A DNA stretch of 37,796 bases from a bacterium (GTDB taxonomy: Bacteria; JALSQH01), in the NCBI GenBank assembly GCA_026985515.1, contig JALSQH010000128.1, forward strand, positions 1 to 37,796, in the 5' to 3' direction. The notes under the pieces are model-generated. The model was not told where the DNA came from. It ran no database searches and worked only from the letters and a program-made list of their open reading frames with translations. Positions 1 through 8,286 of this stretch are shown one piece after another. Position numbers and translations under genes: made by a program. The first letter of the stretch is position 1. Each line of letters opens with the position of its first letter.

Positions 1-697
1 CATGTCCCGCCACACCTCCACAGATGAAGGCGTGTTCATCATGAACCTCTCCTCTCACAGGACCCCGGTAGCCCAGTATCTCGGTAGGGGGTATATATTT
101 TCCATCTGGAGGATTAAATATCATACCATCCAGATCAAACCTTTCTTTCCATCCCATCCACGCACTTTCCAGGGTTGCACTGTAAACTTTCTCCACCACC
201 TTTCCAAGAAGTATATACCCGAAATCGCTGTAAGATGAACGGCTTCCGGGTTGGTATTCCATCCTTTCATCAAGAATCATCCTCACCAGTCTGTTGCATT
301 TACTTTTATCCCCCTTTTCAAGTCTTCCTCCTTTATTGATGAAATTCAGGAAATAGAACCTGTAGGATGGAAGGCCTGATGAGTGGTTGAGTAACTGTAA
401 AACTGTCGTGTTTTCCCAGAGGGTTTCCCTCGAATCTTCGACTATCTCTCCCAGTGTGGTGGAAAGAGACAGTTTTTTCTCAAGAATTGGCTGAAAAATA
501 AGGGAAGCTGTAACAAGTGGCTTTGTAAGGGAAGCCACATCAAAGAGAGTCTCGGGTGTTACTGAAATTAACTTTTCGTCAGAAACTGTGGCGAAAAAAA
601 CCTCATCCCCCCATATCACCGAAGCAGCAGCCACAGAAAAAACATTTTCCTCCCTGCCCTTAAGAAGTAAGTCCTTAATAAATGGAGAAAATTTCAT
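1..697 (-). CDS. Serine hydrolase of the beta-lactamase/PBP fold (partial: N-terminal 232 aa; 3' end beyond the left window edge)
   Basis: Absent from the supplied ORF track because its stop lies outside the window. Hand translation of the minus strand from ATG (695-697) stays open down to position 2, with no tta/cta/tca triplets in that frame. Product: MKFSPFIKDLLLKGREENVFSVAAASVIWGDEVFF...TLFDVASLTKPLVTA...QPGSRSSYSDFGYILLGKVVE...GGVAGH. It carries an SxxK nucleophile motif (SLTK) followed by a Y-S-D (YxN-type) motif, as in class C beta-lactamase-like esterases/PBPs. Its ATG overlaps the TAA of the upstream gene (TAATG). Confidence 0.7.
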   Translation of the reverse strand, partial: MKFSPFIKDLLLKGREENVFSVAAASVIWGDEVFFATVSDEKLISVTPETLFDVASLTKPLVTASLIFQPILEKKLSLSTTLGEIVEDSRETLWENTTVLQLLNHSSGLPSYRFYFLNFINKGGRLEKGDKSKCNRLVRMILDERMEYQPGSRSSYSDFGYILLGKVVEKVYSATLESAWMGWKERFDLDGMIFNPPDGKYIPPTEILGYRGPVRGEVHDEHAFICGGVAGH

Positions 698-1710
698 TAC
701 TCAAAAATTCCAGGAATTGTTGTGCCACAGAATATACACCTTCCTCCCCTGATATTCATCTCAGTTATTCTGTAACCTACTCTTCCAATAACAATCTTGC
801 CACAACCGGGACAGAAGGTATTTTCTCCCACATCACCCCACAGGTTCCCTGAGTAAACAAACTTCAATCCCTCTTCAAGACCAATCTCCCTGGCTCTCCT
901 GATCTTTTCAGGAGGAGTAGGAGGAACATCAAGCATTTTAAAAGCGGGATAAAATGCGCTGAGATGCCAGGGGATATCGGGTGAAATACTCCTGATGAAT
1001 CTTGCTATATCTCTGAGTTCCTCTTCACTGTCATTAACTCCGGGTATTATGAGGGTTGTTACCTCCACCCACTTGCCTGCTTCAAAGAGTGTTTTTATTG
1101 TATTTAACACAGGTTGTAATCTTCCAGAGGCTATCCTTCTGTATGTTTCATCTCTGAAACTCTTGAGATCAACATTTGCTCCATCCAGATATGGAAGAAT
1201 TTCCCTGAGGGGTTGGGGATTGATATATCCATTGGTTATGAAGAAGTTCAAAAGCCCTTTTTCATGAGCCAGTTTGGCAGTATCATAGGCAAGTTCATAA
1301 AATATGGCGGGCTCCGTGTAGGTATATGCTATGCTCCTGCACCCATACCGGAGTGCACTTTCAACAATCATTTCAGGGGTAACATAATCTCCCGTAACTT
1401 TCCCCTTATTCAGGATGGGATACTGAGAAATTGAGTAATTCTGACAATTTTTACATCTCAAATTGCAACCTACTGTTGCTATGGAAAAAATCGTGGTACC
1501 TGGAAGGACATGAAAAATAGGCTTCTTTTCAATGGGATCAATATTTGCTGCAACAATTCTGTCATACACAAGAGTGTAGAGTGTCTCTCCCCTGTTCACT
1601 CTAACCCCGCATACTCCCATTTTTCCATCTCTAATCACACAGTTATGAGGACATAAAGTACATCTTACCCTGTTGTTATCAAGCTTTTCCCAGAATCTTG
1701 CGACCTTCAT
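697..1710 (-). CDS. Radical SAM enzyme, AmmeMemoRadiSam-type (AmrS-like, PflA-activase related)
   Basis: 337 aa. N-terminal Cys-rich motif CTLCPHNCVIRDGKMGVCGVR. Canonical CxxxCxxC radical SAM cluster motif (GCNLRCKNCQNYSISQ). C-terminal CPGCG...CIFCG zinc-ribbon-like pair. This layout is what I recall for the AmmeMemoRadiSam radical SAM family. Its start overlaps the upstream stop (TGATG at 1708-1712). Confidence 0.75.
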   Translation of the reverse strand: MKVARFWEKLDNNRVRCTLCPHNCVIRDGKMGVCGVRVNRGETLYTLVYDRIVAANIDPIEKKPIFHVLPGTTIFSIATVGCNLRCKNCQNYSISQYPILNKGKVTGDYVTPEMIVESALRYGCRSIAYTYTEPAIFYELAYDTAKLAHEKGLLNFFITNGYINPQPLREILPYLDGANVDLKSFRDETYRRIASGRLQPVLNTIKTLFEAGKWVEVTTLIIPGVNDSEEELRDIARFIRSISPDIPWHLSAFYPAFKMLDVPPTPPEKIRRAREIGLEEGLKFVYSGNLWGDVGENTFCPGCGKIVIGRVGYRITEMNIRGGRCIFCGTTIPGIFE

Positions 1711-2945
1711 CAGTGCGTCTTGTAGAAATTAACGATTATTCTGTCTTTCTCTCTGTCAAACTCATAGTAGGGGAGAGAAGGAGTGGTTGGATAGATGGTA
1801 ATTGCCAGTGTTCCCTCCTCCCTCGTAATTACCACACTCCTGACAAGAGAAGAATTTATGAAATACTGATCCTGACCTGTTTCATTATAGGCGTTGGGAA
1901 CATAAATATTGAGAGAATCTTCCAGAGGAGATGGGATGAATTTTCTGTAGGGTCTATTAAAAATGAATTCGAGATGGGTAAAATTGCTTCCCGTTGTGTA
2001 TACAAAGTCTCTCAACCCCGCAGGTCTCACCACTACTCTTTTTTTGTGTTTTTTCTTCTTCGGCTTAGGAGGTGGAGGTTGAGGTTTTGGAGCAGGCTTG
2101 GGAGCAGGCTGTGGCTTTGGCACCACCGGTTTAACTTCCACAACCACTTTCTGCGGTTGCGGCGGGGGAGGTGGAGATTTTTCCACCACTTCCTTCTTCA
2201 TAAAATACTCCTTCCCACCCATGCCAAAAAACCAGAAAGCTCCAGCGGCAAGCAGTATTACTACAATCAGTACCCAGATCCACCCCCTTGACCCTCTCAA
2301 TTTCTTGAGATCCTCTTCAAGAAGAACGTTCTGGGGAGGTACCTGCTGATACGCCGGAGGAACCTGAGGAGCTCCTGAAGAAACATTTACGGAAATCTGA
2401 GCAGTTGGTGGCTGTTGCTGAGGGGGGACAGATTGCTGAGATGGAGGTTGATAAGGTGGCGGAGTTTGAGCCTGGTATGATGGTGGTGGTGTATAGCCCT
2501 GAGAAGGTGACTGCTGGGCAGGAGGTTGGGGAGATGGAGTGGGTGGTGCGGACTGCGGTTGAGATGCTGAGGGTGACGCATAATCTGAAGTAATTTCTTT
2601 CTCAGCAGTAGAGGAAGCAGTGGAAGGTGGGGGAGTAGCAGAAACTGGAGGAGGAACAATTCCGCCTGCATTCTCGAGGATTTCCATACTTTCAGGAGTC
2701 AGAACAATATTTCTCACAAGGAAGCCTTTCCTGCCGGTGGAATCAACCTCGTCATCCACCCAGCTAACTTCACCTATCCCGGAGATTTCTATGTTTTCCT
2801 CCGGAAACTGAAAAACTATATTCACTTCATCCCCTTCAGAAACATCCCTCGATGTCTTCAGATAAATTCCGCTCTTCTGAATTTTTTCCTTAAAATCGGT
2901 TACGAATGCCTGAAAATTTTTCCTTTTAACAACAAATTTGAGCAA
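1710..2945 (-). CDS. Bitopic membrane protein: N-terminal PilZ-like domain, Pro/Gln-rich linker, one TM helix, Lys/Pro-rich linker, C-terminal AMIN-like domain
   Basis: 411 aa. TTG start preceded by AAGGAGG (2952-2958). N-terminus (SGIYLKTSRDVSEGDEVNIVFQFPEENIEISGIGEVSWV) resembles the degenerate PilZ / TIGR02266-type fold. TM helix GWIWVLIVVILLAAGAFWFFGMGG. TonB-like PKPQPAPKPAPKPQPPPPKPKKKK tract. The last ~105 aa show the alternating beta pattern of AMIN domains. Domain calls are by eye only. Confidence 0.6.
   Translation of the reverse strand: MLKFVVKRKNFQAFVTDFKEKIQKSGIYLKTSRDVSEGDEVNIVFQFPEENIEISGIGEVSWVDDEVDSTGRKGFLVRNIVLTPESMEILENAGGIVPPPVSATPPPSTASSTAEKEITSDYASPSASQPQSAPPTPSPQPPAQQSPSQGYTPPPSYQAQTPPPYQPPSQQSVPPQQQPPTAQISVNVSSGAPQVPPAYQQVPPQNVLLEEDLKKLRGSRGWIWVLIVVILLAAGAFWFFGMGGKEYFMKKEVVEKSPPPPPQPQKVVVEVKPVVPKPQPAPKPAPKPQPPPPKPKKKKHKKRVVVRPAGLRDFVYTTGSNFTHLEFIFNRPYRKFIPSPLEDSLNIYVPNAYNETGQDQYFINSSLVRSVVITREEGTLAITIYPTTPSLPYYEFDREKDRIIVNFYKTH
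2037..2657 (-). repeat. Low-complexity coding tracts (Pro/Gln/Ser-rich ~2328-2657; Lys/Pro-rich ~2037-2177) with short imperfect tandem units
   Basis: Encodes PPPVSATPPPSTASS...QPPSQQSVPPQQQPPTAQ and PPPPPQPQK...PKPQPAPKPAPKPQPPPPKPKKKK. At DNA level there are adjacent near-identical 12-mers (ggagcaggcttg/ggagcaggctgt around 2090-2113). These tracts explain the spurious antisense and alternate-frame ORFs listed for this region. Confidence 0.6.
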
Positions 2946-2983
2946 GTGACTTCCTCCTTAAAATCCAATTTTACATTCTACAT

Positions 2984-3011
2984 TTTATATATTTTATGAC
3001 AGTTATGTCAA
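2984..3011 (-). promoter_or_regulatory. Sigma70-like promoter for the PilZ-like/radical SAM/hydrolase operon (TTGACA-16-TATAAA)
   Basis: Minus strand reads TTGACA (3011-3006), a 16-nt spacer, then TATAAA (2989-2984). This lies ~40 nt upstream of the TTG start and just upstream of its AAGGAGG SD. The -35 element overlaps the murJ stop codon. Confidence 0.5.
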
Positions 3012-4594
3012 TCTTTTTGTTTAACCAGACCCAGCCTTTTACCAGCACCTTTTAACAGCGAAACTGCTTCTTCCACTTTAAGAACAATGGTTGCCGAAAA
3101 ATATACCAGAAAAACAACAGAGGAAGCAAAGGTCAGCCATAATAAACGGAGCAGAAGGGAGGAGTGGAGAGGGTATGCCCAGAAATAACGGAAAAGAAGG
3201 AGGGTAAAAATTCCCAGAGCTGATGCAACGAAGAGTTTAAAAAAAATTGTTCTGAAATTTTTAAAACCTAAAAGCTTATGTCGTCTGGAAGCCATTATCC
3301 AGAGGAAGGTGAAATTGCCCATCGATGCCACAGCAATTGATAGAGCAAGACCACGATAAGAGATATATCTCATCAAAACAATACCGAGAACAAAATTTAG
3401 CGTAAGTGAAACCAGGCCAGACTTGAGTGGAACATAGGGCTCCTTTCTCGAATAGAAGTATGGAGCAAGGACTCTCACAGATGCCGCAGACCAGAGACCC
3501 ACAGCGTACAACCTTAGAACAGAACCTGTTGCCCTCACTTCTTCCAGCGTAAAGGCACCCCTTCTGTAAAGAATATCAACAATCTGATCAGCGAGGAAAA
3601 GATAAAGGATCATGACAGGTATCACCAGAAGAAAGTTAAGTCTCATGGAAAAGGAAAGCAATTCAGCAGCCCTGTCATGTTCTGAAGATGCACTCTGCAT
3701 GGAAAGGGAAGGAAGAGCTGCCGTTGAAATGGCAAAGGAGAAAACCCCTATGGGTAGCTGCATCAGTCTGTCACCATAGTAAAGGTAGGATACACTGCCC
3801 CTCTGAAGAAAAGAGGCAAGCTGAGTTGATACAAGAGTGTTTAGCTGATAAACCATCAGTCCCATTGCAGCAGGGAGGAGCAACTTCCCCACCTCTCTCA
3901 TGTATGGATCGCGAATGTCAAAGTGAGGATAAACTTTCAATCCCGTTCGGGGAAAGCATACGACCTGAAGAAGGAGTTGCAAAAAACCACCCACAAGTAC
4001 ACCATATGCCAGAGAAACAATGGGAGGCAGACCAAACTGGTACCTCCCCAGAAAATAACCAAACCCGGCTATTGAAATGTTAAGCAGAGCCTGTGAGATT
4101 GCAGGGGCAAAAAAGTAGCCATAGGTATTCAGAACACCACCTAAGAGCACAACCATACTTATTAACCAGATATAGGGGAAAACCATCCTTGTCAGCAGAA
4201 TGGTCAGATTATAGGTGGAAGGTTCCTTTGAAAAACCAAAGGCAAACAGCTTCACCACAATATCGGGGAAAAATTCCACAAAACCAATGATAAAGAACAG
4301 AGCGAGGGAAAATGTAACAAGGACATTACCGATGAATCTTTCCACATTTTCTCTGCTGCTGCGTGTCTTAACCTCAGAGAGAACAGGAATGAAGGCAACA
4401 TTCATTCCACCTTCGGCAAAGAGCTGCCTGAGGGTATAGGGTATCCTGAAAGCCACAAAAAAAGCATCAGTGGCGCTGCCTGCTCCAAAGACACCTGCAA
4501 TAACCATCTCCCGGATCAAACCTGTTATACGACTTACAAGAACTGATATACCTACGATCCCTGCATTTCTGGCTACCCGACTCCTGTCACCCAA
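3008..4594 (-). CDS. murJ: Lipid II flippase MurJ (MviN)
   Basis: 528 aa polytopic membrane protein. The N-terminus ARNAGIVGISVLVSRITGLIREMVIAGVFGAGSATDAFFVAFRIPYTLRQLFAEGGMNVAFIPVLSE matches the conserved MurJ/MviN signature. Confidence 0.9.
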   Translation of the reverse strand: MGDRSRVARNAGIVGISVLVSRITGLIREMVIAGVFGAGSATDAFFVAFRIPYTLRQLFAEGGMNVAFIPVLSEVKTRSSRENVERFIGNVLVTFSLALFFIIGFVEFFPDIVVKLFAFGFSKEPSTYNLTILLTRMVFPYIWLISMVVLLGGVLNTYGYFFAPAISQALLNISIAGFGYFLGRYQFGLPPIVSLAYGVLVGGFLQLLLQVVCFPRTGLKVYPHFDIRDPYMREVGKLLLPAAMGLMVYQLNTLVSTQLASFLQRGSVSYLYYGDRLMQLPIGVFSFAISTAALPSLSMQSASSEHDRAAELLSFSMRLNFLLVIPVMILYLFLADQIVDILYRRGAFTLEEVRATGSVLRLYAVGLWSAASVRVLAPYFYSRKEPYVPLKSGLVSLTLNFVLGIVLMRYISYRGLALSIAVASMGNFTFLWIMASRRHKLLGFKNFRTIFFKLFVASALGIFTLLLFRYFWAYPLHSSLLLRLLWLTFASSVVFLVYFSATIVLKVEEAVSLLKGAGKRLGLVKQKD

Positions 4595-4603
4595 GCGTTC
4601 CTC

Positions 4604-5392
4604 CTACCTGAGAAGGAGTGTTAGAAGAGAAAGGATGAGACAATATATTCCAAACCACTTCAATGATCTGCTCCTGATCACCCTCAGGAGTATCTTTATT
4701 GAAAAAACTCCAACCACAAAAGCCACCAATCCGGCAACAACATACTCCAGTAACATTGAGTGGCTGATCTCCTCAACATGCCTCAATTCAAGTAGACCTG
4801 CTCCTCCAACAGCAGGAAGAGAAAGAAGAAAGGAAAATGTTGCAGCCACGGATCCTTTCAACCCCAGGAAAATTCCAGAGGCAATGGTAGAGCCAGATCT
4901 TGAAATCCCGGGCACCAGGGCAAGTGCCTGGAATGTACCTATTATAAGCGCGTCCAGATAGGTTATATCCTTCATCTCTTTCTTTTCTCTTCTAAAAAAG
5001 TCACTCAGAATCAATATTACCCCTGTAAACAACCATCCAGGAAAAAGGCTTGAGGTTGAGTTAAATAGAGCCTCAATCTGATCTTTCCATCCCAGGCCCA
5101 CAATTGCAGCAGGCACAGATCCTGTCATAATCAGCCAGATCACCCTGAAATAGGGATCTTTTCTATCCCATTTGAAGAAGACCCTTATGAGCCTCACCAC
5201 ATCCTTCCAGAAAGCCACAATCACAGCCAGCAGCGTTCCAAGGTGAAGGATGCCATCGAAGAGTGCTCCTGGCTGGAAAAACCCCCTGTAAAAACTCTGA
5301 ATGAGAACAAGATGTCCTGAACTTGAAACAGGGAGGAATTCTGTCAAGCCCTGTATAACTGCAAGAAAGATTAAAAATCCGAATCTCCCCAC
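4604..5392 (-). CDS. uppP: Undecaprenyl-diphosphate phosphatase
   Basis: 262 aa membrane protein with the hallmark GLTEFLPVSSSGHL motif and PGISRSG motif. GTG start; overlaps the upstream gene by 22 nt. Confidence 0.92.
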   Translation of the reverse strand: MGRFGFLIFLAVIQGLTEFLPVSSSGHLVLIQSFYRGFFQPGALFDGILHLGTLLAVIVAFWKDVVRLIRVFFKWDRKDPYFRVIWLIMTGSVPAAIVGLGWKDQIEALFNSTSSLFPGWLFTGVILILSDFFRREKKEMKDITYLDALIIGTFQALALVPGISRSGSTIASGIFLGLKGSVAATFSFLLSLPAVGGAGLLELRHVEEISHSMLLEYVVAGLVAFVVGVFSIKILLRVIRSRSLKWFGIYCLILSLLTLLLR

Positions 5393-5808
5393 AGGTACTT
5401 ACCTACCTTTTTCTTTTGATCTATCAGGTGTTCAATTTTTTCCTTGATCATCTCAGCATCAACTCCGTAACCGGAAAGCCTTGTAACAAGATAAATCATA
5501 TCATCATAAAAACCAAGTGCCGCGTCATAGATATCAAGATTGAGCTCCAGGAGTTTCTCGAGAAGTTCAATATAATCTTCTTTACTTTCCATCTTCTGAT
5601 CACTGATCTCTCCCACCGGCGTAACAATGGATATTACGGGTTCACCTGCAAATTCAGGATACTCATCTGCAATAATATGAATACCATCCTGCCCATACTG
5701 AAAATACCAGCTTGTCCTCTCCAGATCCTCAATATCAAGGGCTTCATCTGGATTAATGCCCACCATCTCAAAAAAGTCATATATTGCTTCCATCATTCTT
5801 GATTCCAT
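5371..5808 (-). CDS. Hypothetical small acidic cytoplasmic protein (possibly YbjN / secretion-chaperone-like fold)
   Basis: 145 aa, very acidic, with no signal peptide or TM helix. Embedded between mutS2 and uppP with a 9-nt gap upstream and a 22-nt overlap downstream. The fold assignment is a weak impression only. Confidence 0.55.
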   Translation of the reverse strand: MESRMMEAIYDFFEMVGINPDEALDIEDLERTSWYFQYGQDGIHIIADEYPEFAGEPVISIVTPVGEISDQKMESKEDYIELLEKLLELNLDIYDAALGFYDDMIYLVTRLSGYGVDAEMIKEKIEHLIDQKKKVGKYLWGDSDF

Positions 5809-5817
5809 AACAACCTC

Positions 5818-8139
5818 CTAAATTTCTATAACTGTTACTCCATCTCCGCCCTCCTCCAGTTCACCGGGCCTCCACTTCTCAACCAGCTGATGATCCTTGA
5901 GGTATTCCCTTATTCTCTTTTTCAACACCCCGGTGCCATGTCCATGTATGACAATGAGTTTACCTGAAAAGTTTTTTAAAACAAGTTCATTTAACTTTTT
6001 TTCAATCTCTGCAATTGCTTCCTCAGAAATCATTCCCCTCACATCCACTCTCTCATACCCTGCCTGCTTCAGGGAATACTCTTTTCTGTAATTCTCCTCC
6101 TCCCTTGATTCCCCCACTTTCCTGAACATCTGCGGTTTACCCACAAATTCCTTTCCCCTGTAAACAATCTTCACCCTCTTTTCATCAACCTCAACCACCT
6201 TTCCAACAACACCAAGTCCTCTGTACTCAGCAAGATCACCGATGTTCAACTTTTCACCGCTCTGAGGTCCACTGTCCAGTAAATTTTTCATTTCCACCCT
6301 GACTCTGTTGCCTGCTTTAGTTAAAACCACAGGCCTTTTTTCCTTCTGAAATTCTGAGAGAGCCTTCTTCACCTCACTTTCAAGTTCCCTGAGCCGGGTA
6401 GCCACCTTCTCCTTCTCCTTTCTCCACCTATCCTCAAGCTCTTCCTCCTTTCTTTTTAAACTCTCCCTCAATTTTCTCCCCTCTTCCTCCAGAATCTTCT
6501 CTTTCTGGAGGATCTCCTCAAGCTTCTTTTCCATCTCTTTTTCCTTTTTCACCAGAGAAAGGAAAAGTTTTCCCTCCTCACTTCCCAGATCATTTTTGAA
6601 TCTTTCAGCTTCCTCAATCACTTCCCTGCTTACTCCCAGGAACTTTGCTATTTGCAGAGGAAAACTCATCCCTGTGGAGCCATACACAATCCGGTAGAGA
6701 GGTTTAAATTTCTGGAAATCAAAATCCATCTTCGCTATTTCAAATCTCTCATCCAGCAGAGGCAACATTTTCAAGTATGTGTAGTGGGTTGTAACAGCAA
6801 TCAAAACACCTTTATCAACAAATTTTGTGAGAAAACTCATGGCCAGAAAGGAACCCTCTTCCTGATCTGTTCCCATCATAATTTCATCAATCAGCACCAG
6901 GTCCCCCTTTCCTGCATCTCTGTAAAATCTGTCACATGTTATGAGATGAGAAGAAAAGGTGGAGGCATCCTCTCCGATGCTCTGATAATCTCCGATCTCA
7001 GCCATTACTTTTTCCGGTACATAAGTCCTGGCGCTTTCAGATGGTATAAAAATGCCCCGTTTTATCATCAGATGAAAAAGACCTATCATTTTAAGGAAAA
7101 CAGTCTTTCCTCCGGCATTTGGACCCGTAATAATAAGTGCTGGTTTTCTAAAATCCATGAAAATTGAATTGGGAACCACAGAAACTCTTTTCTTCAGGAG
7201 AAGAGGATGTCTGCCATCTACGATTGATATTTCCATTTTATCTGTTATCTCCGGCTTAATTCCTCCAGTTTCCCTTACTATTTGACTTTTTGCGTTCAGA
7301 AGATCGAGCCTTCCGATAAGATCATACAACTCCCGAAGAAGTGAAATATGAGATTTAAGAAGGGAGTAGAATTCACTGAGTATTCTTCTCTTCTCCCTTT
7401 CTATGTCATCGTGAAGAGTTTGAATTCTGTTGTTAAGATTGAAAAGAAGATCAGGTTCAAAGTAGGCAGTATTTCCCGTTGAGGAAAGTCCATGAACTAT
7501 TCCCCTTACTTTCCCCATAAAATTCCTTTTCAGTGGTAAAACATATCTTCCGTCCCTCAGTGTGAAGTATCTATCCTGGAGCATCTGCTTCCACTCCCTG
7601 TCATTGAGGATACTCTGCAGTGTGGCCCTTACACTTTCTCCAGCCTTCTTCAACTCCCCATACAACCTGATCAGCTCGGGAGAAGCATTATCCCTGATTT
7701 CTCCTGATGGATCAAAAATTTTATCAAATTTTACCGTAAGAGAAACATCATAATCACAGAACCCTTTAAATACTTCAAGATGGGGGTATTTTGAAAAATC
7801 AATCCCGCTGAAAAAATTCTTCATTTCCCGCAGGAGAAAGAGAAAGCTTCTCAGTGAAACAAAATCCTCCTTCTGCAATTCTCCATTTTTCTCAATAAGG
7901 GAGAGGATCCTGGAAAGTTCATCCATGTAATAGAGAGGCGGTGAAGAACGTTCCTCAACAAGTTTAAGATACTCATCAAGCGTATCAAGAGCCTGTATAA
8001 CACTCTCCTTATCAGAGAGAAATTCCTCCTTTTCCAGCGCCCTTATCCCTGCCTCGGTGTAGAGAAAACTCCTCAGCCATTCTTCAAATTCATACCAGTC
8101 AAGGGAGCGCAGAGTATGTTCTACCAGATTAACTTCCAT
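5818..8139 (-). CDS. mutS2: Endonuclease MutS2 (MutS-family ATPase with C-terminal Smr domain)
   Basis: 773 aa. Walker A ITGPNAGGKTVFLK, DEIMMGTD Walker B-like motif, a Lys/Glu-rich coiled-coil, and a C-terminal Smr motif LIVIHGHGTGVLKKRIREYLK. Confidence 0.92.
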   Translation of the reverse strand: MEVNLVEHTLRSLDWYEFEEWLRSFLYTEAGIRALEKEEFLSDKESVIQALDTLDEYLKLVEERSSPPLYYMDELSRILSLIEKNGELQKEDFVSLRSFLFLLREMKNFFSGIDFSKYPHLEVFKGFCDYDVSLTVKFDKIFDPSGEIRDNASPELIRLYGELKKAGESVRATLQSILNDREWKQMLQDRYFTLRDGRYVLPLKRNFMGKVRGIVHGLSSTGNTAYFEPDLLFNLNNRIQTLHDDIEREKRRILSEFYSLLKSHISLLRELYDLIGRLDLLNAKSQIVRETGGIKPEITDKMEISIVDGRHPLLLKKRVSVVPNSIFMDFRKPALIITGPNAGGKTVFLKMIGLFHLMIKRGIFIPSESARTYVPEKVMAEIGDYQSIGEDASTFSSHLITCDRFYRDAGKGDLVLIDEIMMGTDQEEGSFLAMSFLTKFVDKGVLIAVTTHYTYLKMLPLLDERFEIAKMDFDFQKFKPLYRIVYGSTGMSFPLQIAKFLGVSREVIEEAERFKNDLGSEEGKLFLSLVKKEKEMEKKLEEILQKEKILEEEGRKLRESLKRKEEELEDRWRKEKEKVATRLRELESEVKKALSEFQKEKRPVVLTKAGNRVRVEMKNLLDSGPQSGEKLNIGDLAEYRGLGVVGKVVEVDEKRVKIVYRGKEFVGKPQMFRKVGESREEENYRKEYSLKQAGYERVDVRGMISEEAIAEIEKKLNELVLKNFSGKLIVIHGHGTGVLKKRIREYLKDHQLVEKWRPGELEEGGDGVTVIEI

Positions 8140-8286
8140 ACTTTTTATATTAGCACTTTAAGATTGTGAGTTCTATGGGGTTCCCTCTCAAAATAATCTT
8201 AATCCGATATCAAACACCTTGCATTTTCAAAATTTTTGTGCTTTACTTAATAAGTGAGTATTCACTAACTAAAAAGGAGGTTGAAG

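Noticed and set aside
2-238. 78-aa plus-strand ORF at the left edge.
   Set aside because: It is antisense to the well-supported beta-lactamase-fold gene (SxxK and YSD motifs on the minus strand). It has no SD and no recognisable features.
1698-2291. 197-aa plus-strand ORF rich in Arg/Trp/Leu/Phe repeats (RLRRWRLRFWSRLGSRLWLWHH).
   Set aside because: It is the complement of the Pro/Lys-rich low-complexity tract of the PilZ-like/AMIN-like gene. The repetitive reading frame stays open by composition alone.
8219-8251. Candidate promoter for the BKACE operon (TTGCAT-17-TTTACT / CTTAAT).
   Set aside because: The -10 candidates match the consensus poorly (about 3 of 6), and several registers are equally plausible. 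This is not strong enough to report as a feature.
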